Source: Candidatus Magasanikiibacteriota bacterium
Lineage (GTDB): Bacteria > Patescibacteriota > Patescibacteriia > Magasanikbacterales > GWA2-37-8
Length of the DNA: 50,680 nucleotides
Assembly (NCBI GenBank): GCA_046590235.1
Contig: JBKJTY010000011.1
Location: forward strand, 1 to 50,680
Direction: 5' to 3'
Position numbers and translations under genes: made by a program. Shown here in pieces: positions 18,822 through 26,942 of this stretch. Position 1 is the stretch's first letter. Each line of letters begins with the position of its first letter. Under the pieces are notes generated by a model that did no database searches, was not told the DNA's origin, and saw nothing but the letters and a program-made list of their open reading frames with translations.

Positions 18822-18897
18822 TCATCGCCACCACGCTTATCACTATTTATTAGTGAGAAGCATGGTAAGGAGGCGACGAAGATTATTCGTTTCCACC
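18822..18897 (-). ncRNA. Candidate conserved structured 3'-UTR element (copy after HD2)
   Basis: Aligns with 17913-17990; 7-bp basal stem, 5' bulge, 16-bp upper stem. Confidence 0.6.
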
Positions 18898-18920
18898 AAA
18901 CCATTCTCGTGCCGTTTAGA

Positions 18921-19640
18921 TTAAGCGGCGACGATCTCAAGCTTTTCGGGCGGAATGTCCTTGTGTTCGTCGAGGAACTTGAGCGAACGGATCCGCTCAT
19001 CGTGGGTCCAGATCGTGGCGGACTGGTCGCAGCTCTTTGCGAGCTTATCGAGCTCCGGCAACAAGTTCCGGAGCACATGCACATGCATCGTGCGCGCTTC
19101 GTAGAGCGTGTCCATGTCAGCGGCGTAGCAAACCGCTTGGTAGGCCTCGATGGTTTTGAAAACCAGCGCTGCCGTGCGATAGTGCGCGTGCTGCTGCATG
19201 TGTCCCTGCATGATCTCCTTGGCCGAATCAGGAAAGTTCTGGGGCATGTTGACGCTGAGCGGCAAGAGGTAGTAACTCTCAAGACGCGCTCGATCGTCCT
19301 TGGGCAAGCCTTCGGTCAGCTCGAGGAAGGCGTTGTACTCGTTCAGGTCGTGTTCAGGCGTACGGTCACGGTGGGGGATGTCCCGGCCCTCACCCACGTC
19401 CTTGGCGTAGATGTGCTGGCCGAGGTAGTGCATCGCGAGCGACTTGAGGACGATGTCGCCGCTCACGATGTTCGTCCGGTTAACGCGCTCGAGAATGGGT
19501 ACTGCCATGATGAGGAGCTGGCCGACATGTTCGGCCACTGACTGCGGTTGCAGATCGTACAGATCCGTATAATTACTCCACCGAAAAACTCGGCTGAGCC
19601 GTTCGCGTGCCCAACGCATCTTCCGTGTCTCTGACAACAT
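18921..19640 (-). CDS. YfbR-like HD-fold paralogue with degenerate HD motif (HD2)
   Basis: LSRVFRW, QSVAEH retained; HD replaced by HYLGQ...KDVGEG; SD GGAGG. Confidence 0.78.
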   Translation of the reverse strand: MLSETRKMRWARERLSRVFRWSNYTDLYDLQPQSVAEHVGQLLIMAVPILERVNRTNIVSGDIVLKSLAMHYLGQHIYAKDVGEGRDIPHRDRTPEHDLNEYNAFLELTEGLPKDDRARLESYYLLPLSVNMPQNFPDSAKEIMQGHMQQHAHYRTAALVFKTIEAYQAVCYAADMDTLYEARTMHVHVLRNLLPELDKLAKSCDQSATIWTHDERIRSLKFLDEHKDIPPEKLEIVAA

Positions 19641-19682
19641 GTGTACCTCCGTAGTGCGGTTGTGGGTGGGAAAACTGGCCGT

Positions 19683-19711
19683 AGTTTAGTCCCATTAGTA
19701 GCGGCTGTCAA
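19683..19711 (-). promoter_or_regulatory. Promoter of HD2
   Basis: TTGACA-17 nt-TAAACT on the minus strand. Confidence 0.7.
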
Positions 19712-19715
19712 CAGG

Positions 19716-19744
19716 TTGTCAGGTGTATAAACCTATGCTAGAGT
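19716..19744 (+). promoter_or_regulatory. Promoter of dnaG-rpoD
   Basis: TTGTCA-17 nt-TAGAGT with TG extension. Confidence 0.6.
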
Positions 19745-19753
19745 AAGGCCACT

Positions 19754-21547
19754 ATGTCCGACACGCAAGTTATCAAAGACCGCCTCGATATTGTCCAAAT
19801 TATTGGCGAATACATCACTGTCAAAAAGGCGGGCACGAATTGGAAAGCAAACTGTCCGTTCCATCACGAAAAAAGCCCCTCCTTTATGGTGCACCAGGAT
19901 AAACAAATCTGGCATTGTTTTGGTTGTGGCAAAGGCGGCGATGTATTTTCTTTTGTCCAAGAAATTGAAGGCATGGATTTTCCGGAAGTATTAAAATTAC
20001 TTGCTAAACGCGCTGGTGTTGAGATTGCTGCGTATAAATCTGATGGAGATAACGGACTTCGAGCACGATTGTTAGAAATTAATTCTACTGCTGCCTATTT
20101 TTTTCATCACATGCTCCTTGAAATGGAAGCATCAAAAGCTGCTCGCGACTATTTAGAACGACGCCAAGTTAAACCGGAAACAATTAAGGACTGGCAAATT
20201 GGTTTTGTTCCAGACCAGTGGGAACTTCTCACAAAATATTTAGTTAAAAAAGGATACGCCCTCGAAGACATGGTAACGGCTGGCCTCACTATCAAACGTG
20301 AAGGTGCTGATGTGCAAACGGGCAAAGGTTATTACGATCGTTTTCGTGGCCGTGTTATGTTTCCAATTTCAGATGCGCACGGAAACATCGTGGGCTTCAC
20401 GGGTCGCGTATTAGTTGAGACAGAAACATCGGGCGGTAAATATGTAAATACACCGCAATCACCGCTGTACGACAAGTCTAGAGTCTTGTACGGCATACAC
20501 AAAGCAAAGACAGCAATCAAATCCAAAGATCTTGCCGTGCTGGTAGAAGGCCAAATGGATGTGGTTGCTTGTCATCAGGCAGGGATGACTAATGTTGTTG
20601 CTGCTTCGGGCACCGCTCTAACTGCCGAACAAATTAAATTATTAAAACGATATACACCAAACATTGCAATGGCCTTTGACGCGGACGCTGCAGGGCAAAA
20701 TGCTGGCAAGCGTGGTATTGGAATTGCTATGGAAGAGGGGATGAATATTCGTGTTATTCAAATCCCACCAGGTTTTGCAAAAGATGCTGATGAATGTTTG
20801 AAAAAAGATTCGGCAGTGTGGTTTAAAGCCGTTGAAGGTGCGAAAGGTGTCATGGATTGGTATTTCGCTGTTACACTTTTGAATCTCAACCGTAATGATC
20901 CTAAGAGAAAGCAGGAAGCCGCAGCGCTACTCCTCACAGAAATTGCGCGTATTCCGTATGCAGTTGAGCGCGATGAATGGGTTAAACGACTAGCCGAAGA
21001 ATTAGCTATTGAAGTTAGTATTCTTCGTACTGAACTAAAAAAATTAAATGTGGCTACAAAGCCTACGGCTAAAGCCGCTCCAGCTGCGCCGACTGCGCCC
21101 GTAATTGCGATCCCCCAGAGCCTTCTTGATCAGTTTGGGCAGGAGCTTTGGTCACTGCTCTTGAAATATCCGCAAGAATATGGAAAACTACGTGAAAAGC
21201 TCAAACCGGGGTATTTTGAGGATGGAGCCATCCGAAGCCTTTACGAAACCGCAGAAAGCTTCTATAATAAGGACACAAACCTAGATTTAGAGGCTTTACG
21301 GCATTATTACCATAAAGAAGGTCTGGAAAACAGCATAGATATCCTCCTTTTAAAGCCGTATAAGAACTTTGATGAGATCAACCCGGCTGAAGCTGGGAAA
21401 GAGTTACAGACGATAGTTGAGCGTTTAAAAGAAGAGTGGCGCAAACGGCGCGGTAAGGAAATTGCCCGGGAACTTAGTTTAGCTGAGAAATCCGGCGATA
21501 AGGCAACGCTCGAAAAACTCTTTATAGAATTACAAACATTACAATAA
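19754..21547 (+). CDS. dnaG: DNA primase
   Basis: [11 protein letters not shown]...HCFGC zinc finger, [32 protein letters not shown]. Confidence 0.97.
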   Translation: MSDTQVIKDRLDIVQIIGEYITVKKAGTNWKANCPFHHEKSPSFMVHQDKQIWHCFGCGKGGDVFSFVQEIEGMDFPEVLKLLAKRAGVEIAAYKSDGDNGLRARLLEINSTAAYFFHHMLLEMEASKAARDYLERRQVKPETIKDWQIGFVPDQWELLTKYLVKKGYALEDMVTAGLTIKREGADVQTGKGYYDRFRGRVMFPISDAHGNIVGFTGRVLVETETSGGKYVNTPQSPLYDKSRVLYGIHKAKTAIKSKDLAVLVEGQMDVVACHQAGMTNVVAASGTALTAEQIKLLKRYTPNIAMAFDADAAGQNAGKRGIGIAMEEGMNIRVIQIPPGFAKDADECLKKDSAVWFKAVEGAKGVMDWYFAVTLLNLNRNDPKRKQEAAALLLTEIARIPYAVERDEWVKRLAEELAIEVSILRTELKKLNVATKPTAKAAPAAPTAPVIAIPQSLLDQFGQELWSLLLKYPQEYGKLREKLKPGYFEDGAIRSLYETAESFYNKDTNLDLEALRHYYHKEGLENSIDILLLKPYKNFDEINPAEAGKELQTIVERLKEEWRKRRGKEIARELSLAEKSGDKATLEKLFIELQTLQ

Positions 21548-21558
21548 TTATTTTTAGC

Positions 21559-22866
21559 TTGAAGGACATGGCCGCAAAGTCACCTGCTCCAACAAAGAGC
21601 AAGACAACCAAAAAGGCAGCCCCAAAGGCAGCCACAAAAAAACCCGTAGCAGCTCAGAAGGCTGTGACCAAAAAAATTTTGAAACCGAAGGCAGATGCGT
21701 CTAAAAAACCTACTGTCAAAAAAACGACCCAAGCTAACAAGCCACACCAACAACCAGTTTTTGTTCCTGCGGTAGAACCAACTACACAAGAACTCTGGGA
21801 ATTAATTATCAAAGGCCGCAATCGTGGTTTTATTACCGAAATAGAACTGCTTCGAGCTATGCAGAATCCAGAACAATATTTGGATTTGTATGAAGGCTTT
21901 TTAGAACTCGTAGACCGAAACGGTATTTCTATCGTTGAAGGCTCTACAGGTTTTCTCGGCAACAAACAAGAAAATTCTGATAAATTAAAACAATTCCAAG
22001 GTGCGCAACCAGATATGGATGTGCCGTTTGACCTTGGTCAAATTTCTTCTGATTCCATCCAGATGTATTTGCGTGAAATCGGTAAGATTCCATTGCTCAC
22101 TGGTGAAGAAGAAGTTTCACTTGCGAAACGTAAAGAACGCAGTGATAAAGCTGCAGAACGTAAACTCATCGAGGCCAACTTGCGTCTCGTGGTTTCTATT
22201 GCGAAAAAATTTGTCGGCAAAAGTTTGTCTTTGTTGGATTTAATCCAAGAAGGTAATATTGGTTTATTCCGTGCTGTCAAAAAATTCGATTACCGCAAAG
22301 GTTATAAATTTTCTACGTACGCTACTTGGTGGATTCGCCAGGCGATCACTCGTGCGCTCGCCGACCAATCTCGTACTATCCGTATCCCTGTTCACATGGT
22401 GGAAACTATCAACCGTTTTCAACAAGTGCAGCGCCGCTTGCTCCAAGATTTGGGTCGTGATCCAACTCCAGAAGAATTAGCAGCTGAAATGGGTGAAGAA
22501 GTTTCTAAAATCCATCACATTATTAAAATTTCCCAGGACACCATGTCACTTGAAGTGCCAATTGGTGATGATGACGAAGACACACAGTTGTCCGACTTCA
22601 TCGAAGACGTCAAAAACGTTTCCCCAGATCGCCAAGCTGGCCTCCAGATTTTGCGCGACTACGTCCACCAGGCTATCAAAGATCTCGCTCCTCGCGAACA
22701 AAAGATTCTCGAAATGCGTTTTGGTTTAACCGATGGCGTTACGCACACCCTCGAAGAAGTAGGGCAAGAATTCGGCGTTACTCGTGAACGTATCCGTCAG
22801 ATTGAAGCAAAGGCACTTGAAAAAATCTCTCATACTGAAGTCATCGCTAAATTGCGCGACTACTAA
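21559..22866 (+). CDS. rpoD: RNA polymerase primary sigma factor (start 21559 TTG or 21568 ATG)
   Basis: [58 protein letters not shown]. Confidence 0.97.
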   Translation: MKDMAAKSPAPTKSKTTKKAAPKAATKKPVAAQKAVTKKILKPKADASKKPTVKKTTQANKPHQQPVFVPAVEPTTQELWELIIKGRNRGFITEIELLRAMQNPEQYLDLYEGFLELVDRNGISIVEGSTGFLGNKQENSDKLKQFQGAQPDMDVPFDLGQISSDSIQMYLREIGKIPLLTGEEEVSLAKRKERSDKAAERKLIEANLRLVVSIAKKFVGKSLSLLDLIQEGNIGLFRAVKKFDYRKGYKFSTYATWWIRQAITRALADQSRTIRIPVHMVETINRFQQVQRRLLQDLGRDPTPEELAAEMGEEVSKIHHIIKISQDTMSLEVPIGDDDEDTQLSDFIEDVKNVSPDRQAGLQILRDYVHQAIKDLAPREQKILEMRFGLTDGVTHTLEEVGQEFGVTRERIRQIEAKALEKISHTEVIAKLRDY

Positions 22867-22871
22867 AAAAT

Positions 22872-22966
22872 TGTCATCCTGAACGTATGTGAAGGATCTT
22901 CCTCTTAATACCGTGTTACCGGTTAGTTGGTTAATAGGAAGATTCCACGCTTCGCTCTGAATGACA
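22872..22966. repeat. Family B palindromic element
   Basis: tgtcatcctgaacgtatgtgaaggatcttcctctta...taataggaagattccacgcttcgctctgaatgaca. Confidence 0.82.
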
Positions 22967-22996
22967 TTTAATAATTTTCGCTTACGTAGTGAATAT

Positions 22997-24073
22997 ATGA
23001 AAATCATCCTCTCGGGCGGGGGCACCTTGGGGCCAGTCATCCCGCTTCTCGCCATCGCTGAAGCGTATCGCGCAAAACACCCTGACGTACAATTCGTCTG
23101 GGTTGGTACTCCAAATGGTCCTGAACAGGCTTTGGTAGAAGAAGCGCGCATTCCGTATGCCTCTATTGGGGCAGGGAAGTGGCGTCGTTATTTTTCTTGG
23201 TTGAATGTACTCGATATCTTCCGCAACATCGCGGCATTCTTCCAATCAGTTATTATCATTATCAAAGAAAAACCAGACCTCCTCATCTCATGTGGAGGTT
23301 TTGTCAGTGTCCCATTACATTGGGCAGGGGCACTCATGGCTGTGCCAGCGTGGGTACATCAGCAGGATATCCGATTGGGCTTTGCTAACCAGCTCATGTT
23401 CCCGTTCGCAAAGAAAGTCACAACCGCGCTCCGCGACAGTGTTGCCGGTCTTCCAGAAAAGAAAACAGAATGGATTGGTAACCCAGTTCGCAATTTGTCC
23501 GTGAAAGATCCTGTTGTTTCACGTATGAAGTTTAAAATTCCTGAAGGCGCACCGGTCATTTTGGCCATGGGTGGCGGTACAGGTTCTACCAGTATTAATA
23601 ATGTAGTAATCGAAGCGCTGCCGCACTTACCTAAGAAATGGCATGTTATTAACTTGGTTGGTAAAGAGCGCCCAAAGGAAAGCGCTGAAAAAGCTGCTGG
23701 ATTTTACGAAAATTATCACGTCTTACCATTTTTAACCGACCAAATGAAAGACGCTTATGCTGCGGCAGATGTCGTAGTAGCACGAGCTGGTTTTTCTACC
23801 CTTACAGAATTAGCCGCACTCTCTAAAGCGGCAATCATTATGCCGATGTACGGCACGCATCAAGAAGATAACGCGAAACAGTTTGCTGACCATGATGGTA
23901 TTATGCTTCTCCAAAAAGGCAATGACATGGGCATTAAGTTAGCTCAAATGATAAAAGATATTATCGAGATACCGGAAAAGCGCCAAGCACTTGGTGAAAA
24001 CTTACGTAAACTTTTACCACGGACTAAACCGGAAAAGATAGTTGAAATTATAGATGAGCTTACAAAAGCGTAA
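22997..24073 (+). CDS. murG: Undecaprenyl-PP-MurNAc-pentapeptide GlcNAc transferase (start moved to 22997)
   Basis: MKIILSGGGTLGP, GGFVSVP, IGNPVR, MGGGTGS, ARAGFSTLTE, HQEDNA. Confidence 0.93.
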   Translation: MKIILSGGGTLGPVIPLLAIAEAYRAKHPDVQFVWVGTPNGPEQALVEEARIPYASIGAGKWRRYFSWLNVLDIFRNIAAFFQSVIIIIKEKPDLLISCGGFVSVPLHWAGALMAVPAWVHQQDIRLGFANQLMFPFAKKVTTALRDSVAGLPEKKTEWIGNPVRNLSVKDPVVSRMKFKIPEGAPVILAMGGGTGSTSINNVVIEALPHLPKKWHVINLVGKERPKESAEKAAGFYENYHVLPFLTDQMKDAYAAADVVVARAGFSTLTELAALSKAAIIMPMYGTHQEDNAKQFADHDGIMLLQKGNDMGIKLAQMIKDIIEIPEKRQALGENLRKLLPRTKPEKIVEIIDELTKA

Positions 24074-24076
24074 TAC

Positions 24077-24151
24077 TGTCATCCCCGCCTACGCGGGGAT
24101 CAAGGATACCACAACGACGTATCCTGGATTCCCGTTTTCACGGGAATGACA
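24077..24151. repeat. Family A palindromic element, diverged empty copy
   Basis: tgtcatccccgcctacgcggggatcaaggatac-cacaacgac-gtatcctggattcccgttttcacgggaatgaca. Confidence 0.9.
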
Positions 24152-24154
24152 AAT

Positions 24155-24183
24155 AAAAAACCTCCTTTGCAGGAGGTTTTTTT
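24155..24183. terminator. Bidirectional terminator
   Basis: aaaaaacctcct-ttgc-aggaggttttttt between convergent genes. Confidence 0.8.
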
Positions 24184-24192
24184 GTTGCCAGA

Positions 24193-24708
24193 TTATGATG
24201 AGGTGTATTCGTCGCCAGTGTTAAAATCATCTTTTGGACCTACGATAGTACCAATTTTCGGTTCACCAACTCTGAAGGTGAACATGAGCGTATCTTTATT
24301 ATTGTGAGAGATAATTGCACCACTACCATCATTAATGCCGCTAATTTCAATGGTATATCCAGCATCCTTAACTGCTTTAGAAAGGCTGTTAATATCGCCG
24401 GCAGTAACGTTGCGGTTAGCAGTATATTCCATTGACATACCACCCTGCGCTGGGAAGTTTTGCATGAAGGAAGTTATTTTTACTTTACCAAATACACTCT
24501 CAACTAAATCTTGCGCTCTATCACCATATACTTTTGCTTCGCCATCTGGAATTTCCAAATTGATTGAGCTGTCAAAAGAATTTTCGTTCTGGTTATTTGA
24601 GTTGTTAGCAGTGTTATTTGATTTTATGATGCTTTTCGAACATCCGGCACCTGTCAGGGTAATAAGTGAGATCACACCTGCCGCCACAATGAGACGTTTT
24701 GTATCCAT
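24193..24708 (-). CDS. Secreted/lipoprotein-like hypothetical protein, paralogue of 31639-32109
   Basis: LITLTGAGCS signal; FGKVKITSFMQNFPAQG shared with the paralogue. Confidence 0.78.
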   Translation of the reverse strand: MDTKRLIVAAGVISLITLTGAGCSKSIIKSNNTANNSNNQNENSFDSSINLEIPDGEAKVYGDRAQDLVESVFGKVKITSFMQNFPAQGGMSMEYTANRNVTAGDINSLSKAVKDAGYTIEISGINDGSGAIISHNNKDTLMFTFRVGEPKIGTIVGPKDDFNTGDEYTSS

Positions 24709-24845
24709 AGTAAAAGATTAAATATAACTATGTGGAGTATAGCATGGCACCTAAAAAATGAGAATACCACAGCAGTTATACACTTTACAAACAGTGATAA
24801 TAGGCATACGCTTGTTGTGGCTTTAATTCACATTTGGAGGTTACA

Positions 24846-24926
24846 ATGCTAGGGAAAGAGCCCGATATCCGCTTTGTAGCACTCGCGATTGCGATTGGCG
24901 TAATCGCTGCAGCGTTCATCAAATAA
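24846..24926 (+). CDS. 26-aa single-TM small protein (not in the ORF track)
   Basis: GGAGG-5 nt-ATG; MLGKEPDIRFVALAIAIGVIAAAFIK; TTTACA-17-TACGCT promoter upstream. Confidence 0.55.
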   Translation: MLGKEPDIRFVALAIAIGVIAAAFIK

Positions 24927-24936
24927 GGAGATGGAC

Positions 24937-25110
24937 ATGGATGATCCTGCAACACGAAACGAGGAGACTGGTTGGTGGTGGTTGGTAAGAGACTTATTTC
25001 TTACCGCTGTCGCGCTTAGTTTGATAACTATCGTTTGTATCGTGCTGTACGATCACTACACTTCTGCGGACAAAGGCGTAGTCCTTGCGTCCAGAGAGGA
25101 ACAAGAATAA
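24937..25110 (+). CDS. 57-aa single-TM small protein (not in the ORF track)
   Basis: TAAGGAG-6 nt-ATG; MDDPATRNEETGWWWLVRDLFLTAVALSLITIVCIVLYDHYTSADKGVVLASREEQE. Confidence 0.6.
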   Translation: MDDPATRNEETGWWWLVRDLFLTAVALSLITIVCIVLYDHYTSADKGVVLASREEQE

Positions 25111-25215
25111 TGCGAATTCTAAAGCCACGGGGCGAAGCAGGTTTATCTTCATCGCCCCAGTGTCTTATGTCTGTGATTATCGTAGATATAAGATACTTAA
25201 ATCGCGTTAGATACT

Positions 25216-26097
25216 ATGAGTGAAAAAAAACTTCCTATTACCGTAGTAATAAGCACTTATAAAACACGTGAAGTTGGACTTCGAGCGCTTGATGCGCTTT
25301 ACAAATCCACTCCGTTGCCAGAGCAAGTGATTGTCATTGATAATGATTCCCAGGATGGAAGTGTTGAAGCGTATCGCCAGGCTTTTCCGCAAGCAACGTA
25401 TGTTGTTAATGCAAAAAATCTCGGTTTTGCCGGATCAAATAATCGAGCAATGCGTGAATATGCAACTCAGCCGTACATTTGGCTACTTAATAGTGATACC
25501 GAAACAGGTGTACATAGTTTAGAGCAGCTCCATCAATACATGGTAAGCAATCCAAAGGTTGCCTCGGTTGGTCCACAGCTTGTGTATCCTAATGGTGCTT
25601 ACCAATCCGTAGGTGGGTATTTTCCGACACCGCTCAATGTATTCTTGTACTTATTCCCCGTCACTAAAATTTTACCAGCTTCAATTAAACGTAAGCTTAA
25701 GCAGATCGCTCTTACACCACAATCCATTTCTGAAGAAGGAATTAAGTTAGATTACGTAACTGGGGCGGCTATTTTGCTTCGCAAGAGCGCCTTGGATGAG
25801 GTAGGACTTTTGGCAGAAGATTTTTATATGTATTTTGAAGAAACGGATTTATGTTTGCGCTTACACCGTGCTGGATGGGAATGTGTGGTAATTAATACTG
25901 AGCCCGTCATGCATGTCTATGGTGGCAGTTTTAAAACCGCTTATGATCAGCGGCGACTTCAAATTATGTTAGACAGTCTTGTGATTTTTATAAAGAAAAA
26001 TTATTCTGGCTGGCGCCGTGCCGTAATGCTTGCTGAAGTTGCGTTATTTGGTAAATTGAGTTTGCGAATCAAGCAATTAAAAAGCCTTTTTAAATAG
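25216..26097 (+). CDS. Glycosyltransferase family 2
   Basis: IVIDNDSQDG, NLGFAGSNN, LLNSD, YMYFEETD motifs. Confidence 0.9.
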   Translation: MSEKKLPITVVISTYKTREVGLRALDALYKSTPLPEQVIVIDNDSQDGSVEAYRQAFPQATYVVNAKNLGFAGSNNRAMREYATQPYIWLLNSDTETGVHSLEQLHQYMVSNPKVASVGPQLVYPNGAYQSVGGYFPTPLNVFLYLFPVTKILPASIKRKLKQIALTPQSISEEGIKLDYVTGAAILLRKSALDEVGLLAEDFYMYFEETDLCLRLHRAGWECVVINTEPVMHVYGGSFKTAYDQRRLQIMLDSLVIFIKKNYSGWRRAVMLAEVALFGKLSLRIKQLKSLFK

Positions 26098-26164
26098 AGG
26101 TTATAATTGACTTTTAAGGGGTAAAATGCTATTATTTTTGCAAGTTTATCGATTTTTCCCCTCT

Positions 26165-26938
26165 ATGAAAACAATTATTCTTTGCGGTGGTAAAGGGATG
26201 CGGCTTAACCAAGAAACTGAATTCAAGCCAAAACCAATGGTAAAAATAGGTGAATTACCAATGGTTGTTCACATCATGAATTTATATCACCAATTTGGTT
26301 TTAAAGAGTTTATTTTAGCTTTAGGGTATAAGGGCGAATACATTCGCAACTTTTTTTTACACGCAAAAAAGCATACAGATGACTTTACGTACGATATTCC
26401 AAACGGAGAAGTTACCTATCACACCAATAACGAAAAATTTCCTTTTAAAATTACATTTGTAGATACTGGAGAAGATACGCTGAGCGGTGAAAGAGTTATG
26501 AATTGCGCGAATTATATCGGTGAAGATACTTTCATGGTTACTTACGGTGATGGTGTCAGCAGTGTTTCAATTCCTGAGCTTATAAACTTTCATAAACGCC
26601 AAAGTGAAATGTTTGGTACGAGCGCGACTATTACTACCGTACATCCTTCTTCGAAGTATGGCCAAATACTAAGTAACGAAAACAATGTTATTCAAGTATT
26701 TGAGGAAAAGCCTGTGCTACACGATTACATCAATGGTGGTTTTATGATTTTTAACAAAGACGCGTTATCATTTTTTCAACCAGGCGAAATGCTCGAAACA
26801 ACATTGCAGCGCATGGTTAAAGCAGGGAAGTTGTCGCAATATCGTCATGAGGGATTTTGGCATTCCATGGATACAATGAAAGACGTTGTTGATTTAACAG
26901 TAATTTGGAACAAGCATAAAAAGTGGAATATAGATTAA
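26165..26938 (+). CDS. rfbF: Glucose-1-phosphate cytidylyltransferase
   Basis: IILCGGKGMRL..ET..KPKPMV, GYKGEYI, VTYGDG, INGGF, WHSMDT; promoter TTGACT-17-TATTAT at 26107-26135. Confidence 0.9.
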   Translation: MKTIILCGGKGMRLNQETEFKPKPMVKIGELPMVVHIMNLYHQFGFKEFILALGYKGEYIRNFFLHAKKHTDDFTYDIPNGEVTYHTNNEKFPFKITFVDTGEDTLSGERVMNCANYIGEDTFMVTYGDGVSSVSIPELINFHKRQSEMFGTSATITTVHPSSKYGQILSNENNVIQVFEEKPVLHDYINGGFMIFNKDALSFFQPGEMLETTLQRMVKAGKLSQYRHEGFWHSMDTMKDVVDLTVIWNKHKKWNID

Positions 26939-26942
26939 TCGT

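Noticed and set aside
17913-18897. Duplicated element as a DGR template/variable repeat or retron msr-msd
   Set aside because: No reverse transcriptase in the window, the differences are not adenine-specific, and both copies are non-coding.
18405-19541. 378-aa plus-strand ORF spanning both HD genes
   Set aside because: It is in exact antisense codon register with both HD genes, typical of a shadow ORF on GC-rich genes. No SD or recognisable motif.
18761-19705. CCGCTACT octamer in opposite orientations in the two HD promoter spacers
   Set aside because: Only 8 nt and inverted relative to transcription; cannot be told from chance without more loci.
22961-22996. MurG start at 22961
   Set aside because: That ATG is the ATGACA terminus of the family B repeat. 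The MurG motif starts at 22997.
1-24151. Repeats as a CRISPR array
   Set aside because: The copies are dispersed inverted pairs rather than direct repeats with unique spacers, and no cas genes are present.
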